DNA of 64,000 bases, taken from Azolla caroliniana. Its lineage: Eukaryota; Plantae; Polypodiophyta. This document shows positions 45,611 through 58,259 of the stretch, piece after piece. How positions within the stretch are numbered: position 1 is the stretch's first letter; each line of letters starts with the position of its first letter. A program made the position numbers and the translations under genes. The notes beneath the pieces were generated by a model. It was not told where the DNA came from and did no database searches. It worked only from the letters and a program-made list of their open reading frames with translations. The stretch spans positions 496,001 to 560,000 of the forward strand of contig JBHGNT010000005.1 in the NCBI GenBank assembly GCA_043228905.1, given 5' to 3'.

Positions 45611-48600
45611 TTGGGATGAAGATAACGCTTTCCTCGACCATCTATCAACTTTGATCATTGTCTTGATTGTCGAGGTCACGATCTAACCATAATTGGCGGT
45701 GTACAACAATCATATGGAGTTCATTTGGAAGTTTCGGTGCTCTCTCATTTTCCATCAGCTTAAAACATCATCGGCTGAATTGGTTTCAAATATTTGGTTA
45801 GACATAGTTCATACTTTGAAGGGACAATGTGAAGGGACAATGGGATGGTATAGTTGGAGATTCTGATGCTAAAATTGCTCAACGACATGAGTTTATGACC
45901 GTTTGGACAACTACTCCATTCATGCCATCCAATTATGGTACCCCTTATTTCCATTTTCAGCCTCTGAAATGGTTGTTTCCTCGGCCAATCACATAGAGTT
46001 AAAAATCTTGTAAAAATGTTTACACTACTGACATTATACCTTCTTCTTCTTTTTTAAACAATCATATGGAGTTTTATATGTGAGGTTGTCCATCTACATG
46101 CACCCACCACTCATGTTAATCCCTCCCTTCGAAATGCTTTTTGAATATGTGTCGATTGGCCTCACAAAAACCTCGAATAATTATTTTTACCATGTTTCTA
46201 CGAAGCTGCTTGATTGTTGTTTCAACATCGAGTCACTTACTATTATTCCATGTATCATTCATACACTTTGTTTTGCAAACATGTACATATGTTTCTCAAT
46301 GTTTCAACTATTTGAATGATAGATCCTAAAGACATGGTCGTAGTTTATGTAGCGTTTGGTTAACCGATTTATATCATCTTTGTTTATTAGAGACTCTTAT
46401 CATGATTGAGATTATGGGCTTGTGGTGCATTATTTTTCTTGTAGAAATTCCCAAGGGAAAAAGAAACAATTCGACCCTCCTAAGGGTCTTCTCCATCACA
46501 TGCATGCATCGTCAACGGCCTACAATATGACTCAAATTGATCACTAATTTAATATGTGCAATTCGACAAGTTAGTACATAGATGACCCCCACACTACGTG
46601 ATATTTGTGGTGAACAACTCTAGTCATAAACATCAAGGGTCCATTTCAACATTCTAATAATGAAGAAAGCATCCAAGGTTTATAAATGGTAAGGCTTCAT
46701 CATGTAAAGAGTAATCTTAGTCTTTGACATGTGAACTCCTTTAAACATACTTGCCTCATGGACATTGCGGTGGACCATTGTTCACTGGATAATGAGTTTG
46801 GTGATTGTAGTGTATTCCTCTATCACAAGTGCATGATGAGGAATATACTCTCATCACTTATATGTACGACATGGGTAGATTCAAACTTTTGTCATTACAT
46901 CCTTTGGATGTAGTGTCATCTTTCTCGTGGGGTCTTTACAATAATTAGTCTTGGCGGTTTACGTTGGTTTGTTGTATTTGCAAACCCTTGAATGCATGTC
47001 ACTTTCCTAGAGGATGCAAAAAAAGGACTTAAAAATGAGTTTTTATATAAAAAGCTGGTGTAAATCCTAGACATTGATAAACCCCATGTGGGGCTTGCTT
47101 TAATGAAAGCATTATTAGAATGGCATATCACAAATTTTTATTGCATGTGGGAAGAGCTAGTGAGAAATGGAAGCGTTTCTTTTCAATTGTTTGCCTTCAC
47201 ACCATGAATTTAAACATTAGTTTGCATTAAATAAAAACAGAAATATACTAGGAAGGGCAAAAAACAAAATACACAACTCGAAGCAAAGATTATAGATCAT
47301 ATACGGATGATTGGTGACAATATGGTATGGTTCAAGAGATGTTGATAATAGCCGGAATGTATATCCACAACTATTGGATAATGTAAAGCTTTATTTAAAC
47401 TTTACATCTACACCCATGATGCACATCCATTACTGCCATGTGTCCATTGGTTGGATGCACATGGGGAAGGTTTAATGAGACATGCAAATGACACATGCAT
47501 TTCGCAATGCTCGAGAACTTAATGACACCCTTTCGTCATCCTTATATTGCCTCTTAGTTTCGACTAGCCGATCGGAATTTTATTAGAAAGCATGAAATAA
47601 ATCGTGACTCAAATGGGGCCTACGCGGATTCCTAATTTAGATCAATTAAGATTAAGAATGCCTATGTAGAAGGGGACAAGTCCAATGATTGGGCCTATTT
47701 TTCATGCTTTTTTAAACGACATGGGGTAGAAACATTGGGGACCTACATTCTCTTTCTTCGTTGTCACAAACCCAAGAAAGATAGTCTATACCTAACAGAA
47801 CAATCCATGCTCACTAGACCCCACCATAACATTTCGTGCATATCGAAGCACAAAAAACAGTTTCGAAACTTTACTTCCAAGTAGTAGCACTAACATAGAA
47901 CGTTCTCTCCTTTCTTTTCTTTTTTGATGAAGAGAAAAACTCCATATACATGACCTGGCCTCAATCAAAATTTGTAATATTTAATCGGGTCCTAAAAGAT
48001 AGCTAAACTTTATTATTGTTTTTGTTTTTAAATAGCAATAACATGCTTGTTTGGAACAATATTTTCTCGGCCTAATCCCGAAGATTATTATACTAGTTTA
48101 AGCTAGAAATCAATTCAAAGTCCCAACAGCAACAACTTTGTAGATGTTTTTTAACATCATTTGTTTGACCGAGGTCTTTAAATTTGTCTATATCAATTAA
48201 AGATAAGTAATGAACTCTTAAATTTCATACTTTTATGGACTAAGAGAAACCCTAAAATGATTGGTTTGTTTCTAACCTTGTGGCTTAAAGATTTGTACTA
48301 AATTCTTGTTGAGCTCATCCTCAAGCCTAAACTATATTCTAAAATATAAAAAATTGGTCATTGTAAAATCTAAAGCCTCCTTCATTTATGTAGGATTTCA
48401 ACACTATTTGCGTTTCCATCTAAACCCACTTGTAGTAAGTGACTCATTTTGTCTTTAAGACCTCCCTCACAACCCCCCCCCCCCCCCCCTCTCCCTTTTT
48501 ATGCCACCTTATGATGACGAATAATCTTGGAGCATGTGTAGACATGCCCAAAAATAAACTCTATTTGACACTATACATAGCTCCATGGATTTACAAAGAA

Positions 48601-48641
48601 CAAAATTCACATGCATCTCTCTCTTTTTATCATAATCAACT

Positions 48642-48695
48642 TACCCTAGTGGTAAGCCGTTTACACTACTAGCACTACATCTCAGGTTTGAACCC
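48642..48695 (+). mobile_element. tRNA-derived SINE-like head (Pol III A/B boxes), plus strand
   Basis: A-box-like TACCCTAGTGG (48642-48652) and B-box-like GGTTTGAACCC (48685-48695), 32 nt apart. Confidence 0.55.
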
Positions 48696-49128
48696 ATAAT
48701 TTCTCACCTCTCTATTACTCCATAGATATCTCTTATTTCACTAGAGGCCACTGTGGAATGTAAGGGTTGAGGTTCGAAGTTCGAACCCCTATTTTCTCAC
48801 CTCTCTATTACTCCATAGATATCTCTTATTTCACTAGAGGCCACTGTGGAATGTAAGGGTTGAGGTTCGAAGTTCGAACCCCTATTTTCTCACCTCTCTA
48901 TTACTCCATAGATATCTCTTATTTCATTAGATGCCATTGTGGAATGTAGGGGTTGAGGTTCGAACCCCTATTTTCTCACCCCTCTATTACTCTATAGATT
49001 TCTCTTATTTCACTAGATGCCATTGTGGAATGTAGGGGTTGAGGTTCGAACCCCTATTTTCTCACCCCTCTATTACTCCATAGATATCTCTTATTTCACT
49101 AGATGCCATTGTGGAATGTAGGGGTTGA
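48696..49128. repeat. Tandem array of 5 near-identical 86-93 bp units
   Basis: Unit ATTTTCTCACC(T/C)CTCTATTACTCCATAGATATCTCTTATTTCACTAGA(G/T)GCCA(C/T)TGTGGAATGTA(A/G)GGGTTGAGGTTCGAA[GTTCGAA]CCCCT, starting at ~48698, 48791, 48884, 48970 and 49056. Confidence 0.97.
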
Positions 49129-49176
49129 ACTCATGACCACATGGTCTCCATTGGGAAACTTTACCAACTGAGTTGC
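49121..49176 (-). mobile_element. tRNA-derived SINE-like head (Pol III A/B boxes), minus strand
   Basis: The reverse complement reads CAACTCAGTTGG (A box, 49175-49164), then 31 nt, then GAGTTCAACCCC (B box, 49132-49121). Confidence 0.65.
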
Positions 49177-50852
49177 ATCCATATGGTTTCTCTCTCTCTC
49201 TTGGTGAAAACACACAATTATATTAATAAATGTGTGAAAAACACTACTTACAACGGGCGTGACAATGGAATATGGTCACCCACTAACTACACTACATTAC
49301 ATGGGTAGTGAAACATGTTCAATTGCCAATAGGCAAGACGAACACTCCATTGAGGAAAGAATTTCCACTTGCGCCAATAAAAAAATTTGCCACATTAGCA
49401 CTCCAACTTTCGTAGATATGCTTTCACTCCATATCTACCATTGAATACAAAACTGTTGCGCATGTCCCAATAATGACACAATCCCCAATATCTCAGAAAT
49501 AGGAAAACGATCTCCACCTCTGATTTTGGGTGAACTTGTGAAAATTGTGCAAACACCCACTATCTAGGTATCAAATAACACCGTGATAAAACTTGCCAAA
49601 TTTGAGAAATGTAACTCCAAATCTGACAAGCAATCAAACATTGTATAAATCGATGAGTACTATAGTCCCTTTGAACATTTCAAAAGAAGCAATTACCCAT
49701 TGATAGTCCACGACGTTTTAGAGCTAATCCCAAAGGAAATCCTCCAATCAAAACTCTCCAAACGAAGACCTTTGCTACAAGTGGCAATTTAGAATGTCAA
49801 CTATATTGTAAGATCTGCCATCACCCATGATCAAATTTGTGTATTTTCTATTCTTCTTCAGCCTTAGATGATAGCCATCCAAGAGACTCAATAGAGCAAT
49901 GATACAAAAGATTAGTAGTCACTTGTAACAACGACGTTTGACCCCGTAAACACCAATCAAACCAGGGTTGTTCTCTTGCTTGTAGAGGTAAGGGACCTTG
50001 CATCAATGCAATATTTTGTAGTTGTTGCCAAACAAACCCATAATTAGGCGGGATGCGTAACAATTGTCGTGTTTCAACAAACTCCAAAATTCTTTGAATG
50101 AAGCCTCAAATATATCTCCCACAACCCCTAAACACAAACTATTAAATTGAGAGTGCGATCTCTCCTTTACTGGCAACCATAATAACTGAGAAGACATAAG
50201 TAACTCTTTTTGCAAAGAATTACAATGCTCTCTACTAGATGATGGTTTCCATACATATAACAAGAGTGCTTCTTGTCATGAGGTAACCAAGTGTTCAACA
50301 CATGAAGAACCTGAAATCCTAAGTGAAATACATCCATTTAGTAATTGTCACCATGAAGCCTTAATCGTTGTCCTCCTATGTGTTAAACCCTTGTTCTCAA
50401 TGAAATATTGCAATGTGACAATAGATATCCATGGTAACCATTGTGAATTTGAACACATGTGTTGTAATAATGAAAATCTACGAGCCATTATATGTATAGA
50501 TAAGTTCAATATTCCAGCTCCTCCCAAGCGCTTAGGGTTGCTAGATGATTCCACGCAACCCATGTGATTACCATCTTATCCCTCTTCTTCCGCAACAAAT
50601 ATCGAAGAGGTTGCAAAATAGAATGCAAAGCCTTCTTTGTCCATGGCAACAATGGCAAGTAATATAATATCATGGGTTTTATAATACATTGAACAACCTT
50701 CAAGCGTACATGAAATGGCCAAGATTGTAACTTCCAATACATAAACTTATCCCTCAACTGATTAGACATCCATTCAATCAATTGACCATTTGTAACATTC
50801 ATTCTTAATGGATAGCCCAAGTGTCGAAAAATAGAACCTTTCTTCACCACGG

Positions 50853-51981
50853 TGTCGTGAAGATTTTCGACAATGGTATGAAAATCACATAAAACATACA
50901 AAATTAAGTGTCAATCATATAAAACAATAATAGTGAATATATTAATTGTAAGTAAGTTTAATATCTTAGTATAAAAGACGAAGATCTTGAAGAGGTGCAC
51001 TTTACTACATAAGAAACACACATATAAGTGTCAACTTATGTGGGTAAGAAGTTGCGAAAGAAAAAGAGAAAATTATGAGATATCCCACATAGACAAGACA
51101 AATAAGGCTCTCACCATATATAAGGTGGAGCAAAAGTTATTATCTTTGTGTCTATGTGTGGAGCATAGAGAGTTCAAGGTAACTTGAACTAAGAGTGGAG
51201 GTGGACTAGCTACTTGTAAAGGTTTTGGCCAACCAAAACTGGATCGACGATGGAGTCGGCAAAGCGACAGTGGCACACCGGTAACCGGTGATCCGACGGA
51301 ACCGTCATCCAACGGAGACGGAGCCAGAGAGCCGGTGGAACCGACATTCGACGGCAATCGGCAAACCGGCGTCATCCGGCATCTGGCGACCAAATTAATA
51401 AATAAATATCACACATATATATACAAGGAGGGCAAGTGAGGATTTGAACCTTGCAATTCCTAGTTAAGAGTTAATAGGCTTACCACTAAGCCATGACATT
51501 TAGTTGAATTTATATTTTTATCATTTTACTTTTACATATAAATTCTCATACATGAGAGCTAAAATGAGTGACATGGTTATCATGCGCCACATGTAATACA
51601 TGAGCGCCAAATGGCAAACATGCATTTTATGCATGTCTTGAACCCTCAAATGCATGAGGGCATCTATAAAAGAGGTAATGAAAAAGATTAATGGGGATTC
51701 TTGGATAAAAAAAAAAAGCTTTGTACTTTAAATCAAAATTAATATTAAGAAATAAATTCGTTATCCTTTGGATGATATACCTTGTTCTTGAATTCTAAAG
51801 TCAAGAGTTCTTAATCTCTCTCTCAATCTAAAATCAAGCATTCTATCTTATCTCAATCTCTCTCTTTCAATCTATCTTAATTCCTTTCCCGCTAAAGCTT
51901 GCGCCAACTTCGAGTCCTTCCGGTCCAGAACCTCGGCGGTTCCGCCTCACGATCCGCGTGTAGTGACGGATCTTCACGACA
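50853..51981. mobile_element. Solo LTR-like insertion (1129 bp) with 12-bp terminal inverted repeat and 4-bp TSD
   Basis: Ends TGTCGTGAAGAT ... ATCTTCACGACA. ACGG is duplicated at 50849-50852 and 51982-51985. Excision restores the LINE frame ERDLECLG*QGSVVKKGSIFRHLGYP. Confidence 0.9.
51428..51495 (-). other. tRNA-Lys(CTT)-like Pol III module inside the solo LTR
   Basis: The reverse complement reads TGGCTTAGTGG (A box) TAAGCCTATTAA CTCTTAA CTAGGAATTGCAA GGTTCAAATCC (B box). CTCTTAA is the tRNA-Lys(CTT) anticodon loop. The stems are not intact. Confidence 0.6.
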
Positions 51982-52263
51982 ACGGATCCTTGTCATCCTA
52001 AACATTCTAAATCCCTTTCTGACATGAAATGAGACTAGACTTCCTCTAATTAAAATGTAACCTGGAAGCCAATGGAAATTGGTTCCATACAAGCATCCCT
52101 CTCTCAAGATTCTCTCCTGAGGCTTGTGGAAACATGAAAGAATCATCAACCAAAGCTTGTGCTACTAGTTGCCCTCCATACGGAAGGTGTAGACCCACAA
52201 TGTCACCATTTGTTGCAAGCCTTGATAACATCAATAACAAGAAATGAGTAACAATAACAAACA

Positions 52264-52523
52264 TGAATCCAAAGGTGGTATCTGGATACATTGAATATGA
52301 ACATGATGAGGAAGATTGTTTTGGTTTGAACATATGCAAATCAATGGTAATTTCAACTATTGAGGAAGATTTCAATTAAGTCTATCAAAAGAAGGATTCA
52401 TGGCTAGCTATTGACTTACACAAGACAGGTTGGGGAAGGATAATCATCTCCTTTCCATCATTTTGTATTTTGTAGTTGATATGATTTTTTAAACTAATGG
52501 AAGGATATGTTTTCTAAAAGAAA
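52264..52523 (+). mobile_element. 260-bp 5'-truncated non-LTR retroposed insertion in the L1 RT
   Basis: 14-bp TSD AACAATAACAAACA at 52250-52263 and 52524-52537, with an A-rich 3' end. Removal restores PLLFVIVTHFLL. Confidence 0.85.
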
Positions 52524-52884
52524 AACAATAACAAACAATAATGGGCTAAGTGGGCATCCTTGACGAACGGATCTTGTGAGGGCAATATCTGATGTAACTC
52601 CCCCATTAAGCATTACTTGAGACACCGCATATTGTCCTAATAAAAATATGAGGTGAGACATACGAGGTCCAAAGCCCATTGTATGCATTAACCCAGAAAC
52701 AAAGGACTAATTAACATGATCGTAAGCTTTCTCCAAATCTAATTGCCCCATAATCAATTCTTGATTAGTGTTTCGTGCATAATCTATGGCCATTTGAACA
52801 TTCAACACATTATGCAATATATTCCTACCTACAATAAAACCATATTGGGCGGGATGTATCAACTTTGGCAAATACTTTTGTAAC

Positions 52885-52995
52885 TGTTGATGGGTGGGGG
52901 GTAGAGCCAAGATCAGCTCCACCCCCGTCCCAAGGGGGTTCGAATGTGAGAGGAGAGAGGGAGAGAGAGATGGAATCGAGAGAGACACAAGTTGA
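52885..52995. mobile_element. 111-bp insertion (LTR-end-like remnant) in the L1 RT
   Basis: Starts TGTTGA and interrupts ...ENRL|QKYLPKLIH. Flanks are GTAAC / GTAAT. Confidence 0.6.
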
Positions 52996-55900
52996 GTAAT
53001 CTATTTTCCAAGTCCTTTGTAAATTTCTTATACCCCCCCCCCCCCCCTCCAATCAAAGAAATAGGTTTCCATTAATGAAATGACTCGGGAGATGCCACCT
53101 TTGGAACTAATTTAATTAGACCAACCTTCCAAGCTTGAGGCATACAACCAAAATCCCAAGAATATTGAAACATCAAAGTTAAGGGCCCCTTTAAAATGTT
53201 TGAATATCACTTAAAAATTCCATTTGTAAAGCCATCCCAACCAGGTCGCTTACCGCTAGGAAGTTCCCTTAAAACCATGTCCACCTCATCCTCAGTGAAA
53301 TCCGCATCCAATTCATGACTAATGAGATCATGCATAATACATCCAAACATGTCATAAAACTCATGACGTGCTCTTCTCACGTCATTTGTCATTAACAATT
53401 GTGGGCCAATCAACTCAAAGTAATGAACACATATGTCAATTATTGTAGTAAGATCCACTATCAATTCATCCCCTTCCTTCACATATACCACATTAGATCG
53501 AGCATAAGTAGGATGTAACGCTTGGAAAAGCATTTAATGAGATTGACATTGATTATCTATGAGCCCATCCCTAGGTTGTCACATCTTAGCATAACGATAA
53601 CTTTGGTATTGCAATTGAGAAATAATAACATGCAATTGACTCTAGATATCCAAAAGCTCCTCATCTAATGGTGCATGTATCAATAATGCATTACACTTGG
53701 AGAGAACTTGTGAGAATTGTCGAAGAAGACCTCTTCTTCGTTGAGCATTAGCTACTCCATACATGCGATGAATGATCTTAATGTTTTGTAACGTGATATC
53801 CCATGTGTTAACTCCTTTAAGATTCACTTGCTGTGAAAAAATTACCAAAATTTGCTCCATGAGAGAATCAAAGTGAGGTTGAAGCAAACGAGAATAGTTA
53901 AAGCATAATGGAGGCTTTCCAAGTAAGGATTTATACATGTCAATTGCATGACTACAAACCTCCAAAAAAATAGGAAAGTGATATGAAGTTCTTACATCTT
54001 GTAGAACTGTCATACGAAGTGATGTCGGTAAAAAAGAATCATCGTGCATTAGATACATTCTATCTAACCGACTCTATGTTTGTCTATATTGAGCAAATTG
54101 GAAGGTAAAACTTGGATCATTCCCTTGCAACCATGTCCAAACATCCAACTTCAGAACCTCCATAGCCAATGAATCTGAAGCAAGTTGTTCAGGATCATCC
54201 ATGATTGGTTCAAACGTAGATTGAGATGCATTAACACACATGTTAAAATCACCCATAAGTAATCTTGGACGGCCCACACAAAGGGTTTGAAGGAGTGAGC
54301 CCCATAATGCAATACATTGAGTGGCTTGGTTAGGGGCATAAATCCCAACCACCAACACAACCTCACCAAAAAATGTGATTTCTAGAACCAAAAACCGACC
54401 ATAAGGATCGTTATGCACCACTTGAGGATAATATTTATCCCACACGATTAATACCACACCTAAATAATGTTTATTAAGATGTCCTACATAGAATGATGAA
54501 TATCCACTCAAATGAACTGTGGATCTTGCTAACTCATGACACTTATGCTTAACCGCACATAATGTATCCCATTCTTTACTTAACAAAGTTTCCCATAATA
54601 TATACTTCTTATGAGGAGAACATGTCCGTCTCACATTCCATGTTACCACTTTCATTCAATCAATAATGTTATGGGTGCACTTGCTCCTTTAGAGCAACCG
54701 ATGTCATGAAACTAGTCAAAGCACGTTCCAATGTTGCATATGGATTTTGGTGCACCACATCCTTAAGGTTGTCTATCAAAATCTTTTGTTTACGTCTTCC
54801 CGCTTTACAAAAACCTTGAGAATTCGATGAATTTACAAGTTGTCCTAATGAATCAAATTAAAGGCGACGGGGTAATCCCTTATCCCTAAATTGTCGTTGC
54901 CAAGGAGCTTTACGAGGACCCTCCCTAGTTCCTGAATTTACCTTGCCAAGTAATCTCATGAGTAGTGGGCAAACTATTATGTTGCATATTCATTGATTTC
55001 CCCTTTGACTTGACCTTAACCTGATGCCAATCTTTATCAACAACAACACCACTACTAGTTTTATCCAACGGTTTTTTCCCCTTATCCATAACCACTAAAC
55101 TGTGTTTTTCCATATCCATAGATTGACTTCCCTTATTCTTAGGGCCCAAACCTTGAGGTGAGACCTCTTTATAACTTGCTCTAGATGATGTTCCTTCATC
55201 CATAACAACCACAATATTTGACACACCAACATCTCTCCCCACTCCTTCCTTACCATTTCCTTCATTAGGAACCTCTAAAGTTGAAGGACAATGACGTTGG
55301 CATTCTGCCATAAAGTGACCCCATTCACCACATCCAAAACAATGACCTGCAAATGTCTCCCACTTCAATTTAAAGCAAAGTCTTTTCAGACCAGGTGTGT
55401 TCATACGCACCCATCCTAGCCTCTTACGACTTGTATCCCATAACACACAAAATCTACACTTATTTGTAGCGTTTGCATGCGAAGATACCAATACTTTACC
55501 CATTTGACTCATCAACTCTAGTAAAAGTGGTCATAAAAGAGAATGCTTACGATCCAATGTTACCCAAACGGGGCATTCTTGTTTCAACAAAGCATGATAG
55601 TCAACTGCGGGGAACCATTGCATTACATGCACTAATCGTTTATCAAAAAACACTAGAACTTTAGCTAACAATGCACTTTGGTGTTCATGGGAACGAAATA
55701 CTACATCATAAAACCCTCGTGGAACTGGAAATATATCCTCGACACAATTCGGTGGCATGATTGTGGTCAACCATTGTTTAATCCAATTTATATATGGGAG
55801 TTTCCCGGTAAAAAATAATATAATCGCACGATCATAGAATACATCAAAAGATTGCAACACTGCCTTAGCATCAACTTCCTCATCATGCACATCCTGATCG

Positions 55901-56699
55901 ATGCATTCTTTCGTTGCATTTTCATTTTCTTCCACAATATCAGACAACAAGGTATTGGCAATTCCCCATAAACTATCCCAATTACAATGATCCATGTCAA
56001 CTTCATCTACATGTAGGGCCTCAACATATGTTAATTTCTTCTCATTAACTTCCTCAAAACCCGTGAACCTCTTAGAGCTTCCATATTCTTCTTATTCACG
56101 ATTACATTCAACCATCACATTACTCTTTATTGATTCAATGATTCCCATATCAATATCCCCCACAATTTGTGAGGAATTCATGTTTATATCCATTATTCTT
56201 GATGTGATACTAATCCAGGATAAAAGTAATCTTCCATGAACAAGAGAGAAAACCAAAACTCACCCGATTGAAAAGATCAAAGATGAAGAAGACAATATGA
56301 GATTCGCAATGTGTGTTGAGTAATATGTGTATGGCAACAACATACGATTCCTACTTTCAATCACTGCGTCTAGTACAGAGCACTGAATTAAACTTGTTAT
56401 ATCTCGTTACGAAACTCTAACTGAGGGCTTTCCAATGCTTGTCTTTGTGCCCCATTCCGTTGCCAATAGAGAACGCAACGACAAAAACAAATTTGTTTCT
56501 TCTTCATCCCCTCTCCACTCTTGTTTTTTTTCTCTCTCCACTCTTCCTCTCTTTCTTCTTAAATAATGGCTTTCATGATGAAAGAAAAAACACCACCATG
56601 ACTAACTTACTACAAAGTATAGGACCCTTCTATCTATCTGGGGATCTAAAGACTACTATGACCCCAAACTCAATGCCACCCTACACACCAATTCAAATG

Positions 56700-57450
56700 G
56701 TGAATATGATGATATGTGACCTTGCAGAGTTCTCTCTCTTCATGCTTAAGATTTCTCTAGCATTGTCAATTGCCACAAAAGAAGTCCTTTTAACTTTAGA
56801 ACATATTTTCTCACCCAAACTTGCGAATCAAAAGTGAACGCATTCCACATATTCCAATTGAGCCATAGCCCCCAATACCTCAAGAACTCAAAAATAATTT
56901 GGAAATGAGGCATCGATTCATTGTTCTCCATATGTGCAAAAACCCAACTAAAGGAAGATATGCTTACTCCAGTTAGAGACATCCACACTAAACTAATACA
57001 CCTCCAAACCATCCTTGCCATCAGGCATGAAAGAAATCGATGCTTACTATGTTCTAATTCCACCAAACAAAAGGAACACGATCCTTTAGTAATGTTTCTT
57101 TTTTTTAATGCATCCCCCAATGGTAAAGTTCCAACCATAACCCTCCAAATAAATACCTTAGCTCATAGCATCAATCAAGAACACCAACCTTAATGCATCC
57201 CCCAATGGTAAAGTTCCAACCATAACCCTCCAAATAAATACCTTAGCTCATAGCATCAATCAAGAACACCAACCTGCCTTGATCACATGAAACCACCAAG
57301 TAATGGGCTTACGAAAACCCCATATCTTTATAACTCTTTCTTCTAACCACTTATGTTTGTCAATCAACTTATGATAAGCAAGACGTATTGAAATCTTAGT
57401 CAATCTCTTATTTCCAACAAACCTCCAATCAATCTCTTGAGATCCCTCAT
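56700..57450 (-). mobile_element. L1-like LINE C-terminal fragment (zf-RVT region) with an 85-bp perfect tandem duplication
   Basis: Translates to IWRVMVGTLPLGDAL...CSFCLVELEHSKHRFLSCLMARMVW...LW..WNMWNAFTF. Sequence 57105-57189 is repeated exactly at 57190-57274. Confidence 0.85.
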
Positions 57451-57507
57451 CTAATATATAAAATTATATTAATAAATGTATGTGAAAAACACTACTAATT
57501 AACATTC

Positions 57508-57922
57508 AGGAACAATTCGGTTTGAACCGAACTGAACTACGAAACCACAACTTAATGGTTTAAACAGTTCGTTTAGATTCATGTGTTTTTAAACGGTTCG
57601 GTTTCAACAATTAGAAACCACGGTTTAAAAGGTTTAACGATTTTTACAATTTTTTTATTTAAACAATCTTTTCATTTTCAAGCCTTATTCTCACGTTTTA
57701 GGAAAATTTTGAAATTTTGAAAATTAAAATAATGAAATATTTAAAATTTTGAATTTTGACTCAAGTTGAAAACCAAAACCGAAGCACAAAACCGCGGTTT
57801 TAACGATTTAATAGTTTGAAAATTTTTAGCGGTTTCGTGGTTTGGTTCTGTTCAGTTCAAGTTTCAAAATGTTTAAACGGTTCGGTTTTGACACTCAAAC
57901 CAAACCAAACCAAATTATTACT
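57508..57922. mobile_element. MITE / hAT-derivative with AAACCG-CGGTTT subterminal repeats
   Basis: Inverted ends AATTCGGTTTG / CAAACCAAATT, inverted blocks GAACTGAAC..GAAACCAC / GTGGTTT..GTTCAGTTC, and an AT-rich core. Confidence 0.6.
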
Positions 57923-58259
57923 ACTAATCGTGTTCATTTTGGACCCAAAACACAAGTTTCATTTAAACATAACCTTGTTTAGGATTAGGTATGTGGGAAC
58001 ATTTTGTAACCAATGGTGTCAAGTAGTGGAAGCCATGTATTAATTATAACTGGCAAGTCTTGCTCTAATGTCAATGATAATTGTTGTGGAACCCCTTCTT
58101 TATAGCATGCTATTAACCATGCAACTTAGGACATACAAATTCTTCAAGAGAACCTCAAAGCGGGCTGGGGTGAAACCCTAAACCAAAGTTTGAACAATAG
58201 ATATCGTATTTTTCACTACTCGAAATGCTTGCATGGGAAACACTAAAATCCCTATGCAA

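Larger units (their letters stand above)
49201..56300 (-). mobile_element. Near full-length, decayed L1-clade LINE (ORF1 + EN-RT ORF2) with three nested insertions
   Basis: ORF1 from ~56237 with zinc knuckle CFGCGEWGHFMAEC. APE endonuclease MKVVTWNVR...GIYAPN...LMGDFN...RLDRMY...SYHFPI (54655-53950). RT: PGWDG, WKPISL, QYGFIVGRNI, LDLEKAYDHV, RSVRQGCPLSPLLF, LVDDS, FRHLGYP, GGAGILNL. 3' UTR ends at ~49201 next to (CT)n. Confidence 0.93.

Noticed and set aside
48696-49128. CRISPR-like array (regular repeats with a palindromic core)
   Set aside because: Whole units are near-identical, so there are no unique spacers. There are no cas genes and the context is eukaryotic.
51428-51495. Functional tRNA-Lys gene (likewise the heads at 48642 and 49121)
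   Set aside because: The A/B boxes and anticodon loop are recognisable, but the acceptor and anticodon stems do not pair, and the sequence sits inside repeats.
50909-52024. Alternative LTR boundaries TGTCA...TGACA
   Set aside because: There is no TSD and excision does not restore the LINE frame. Boundaries 50853-51981 satisfy both tests.
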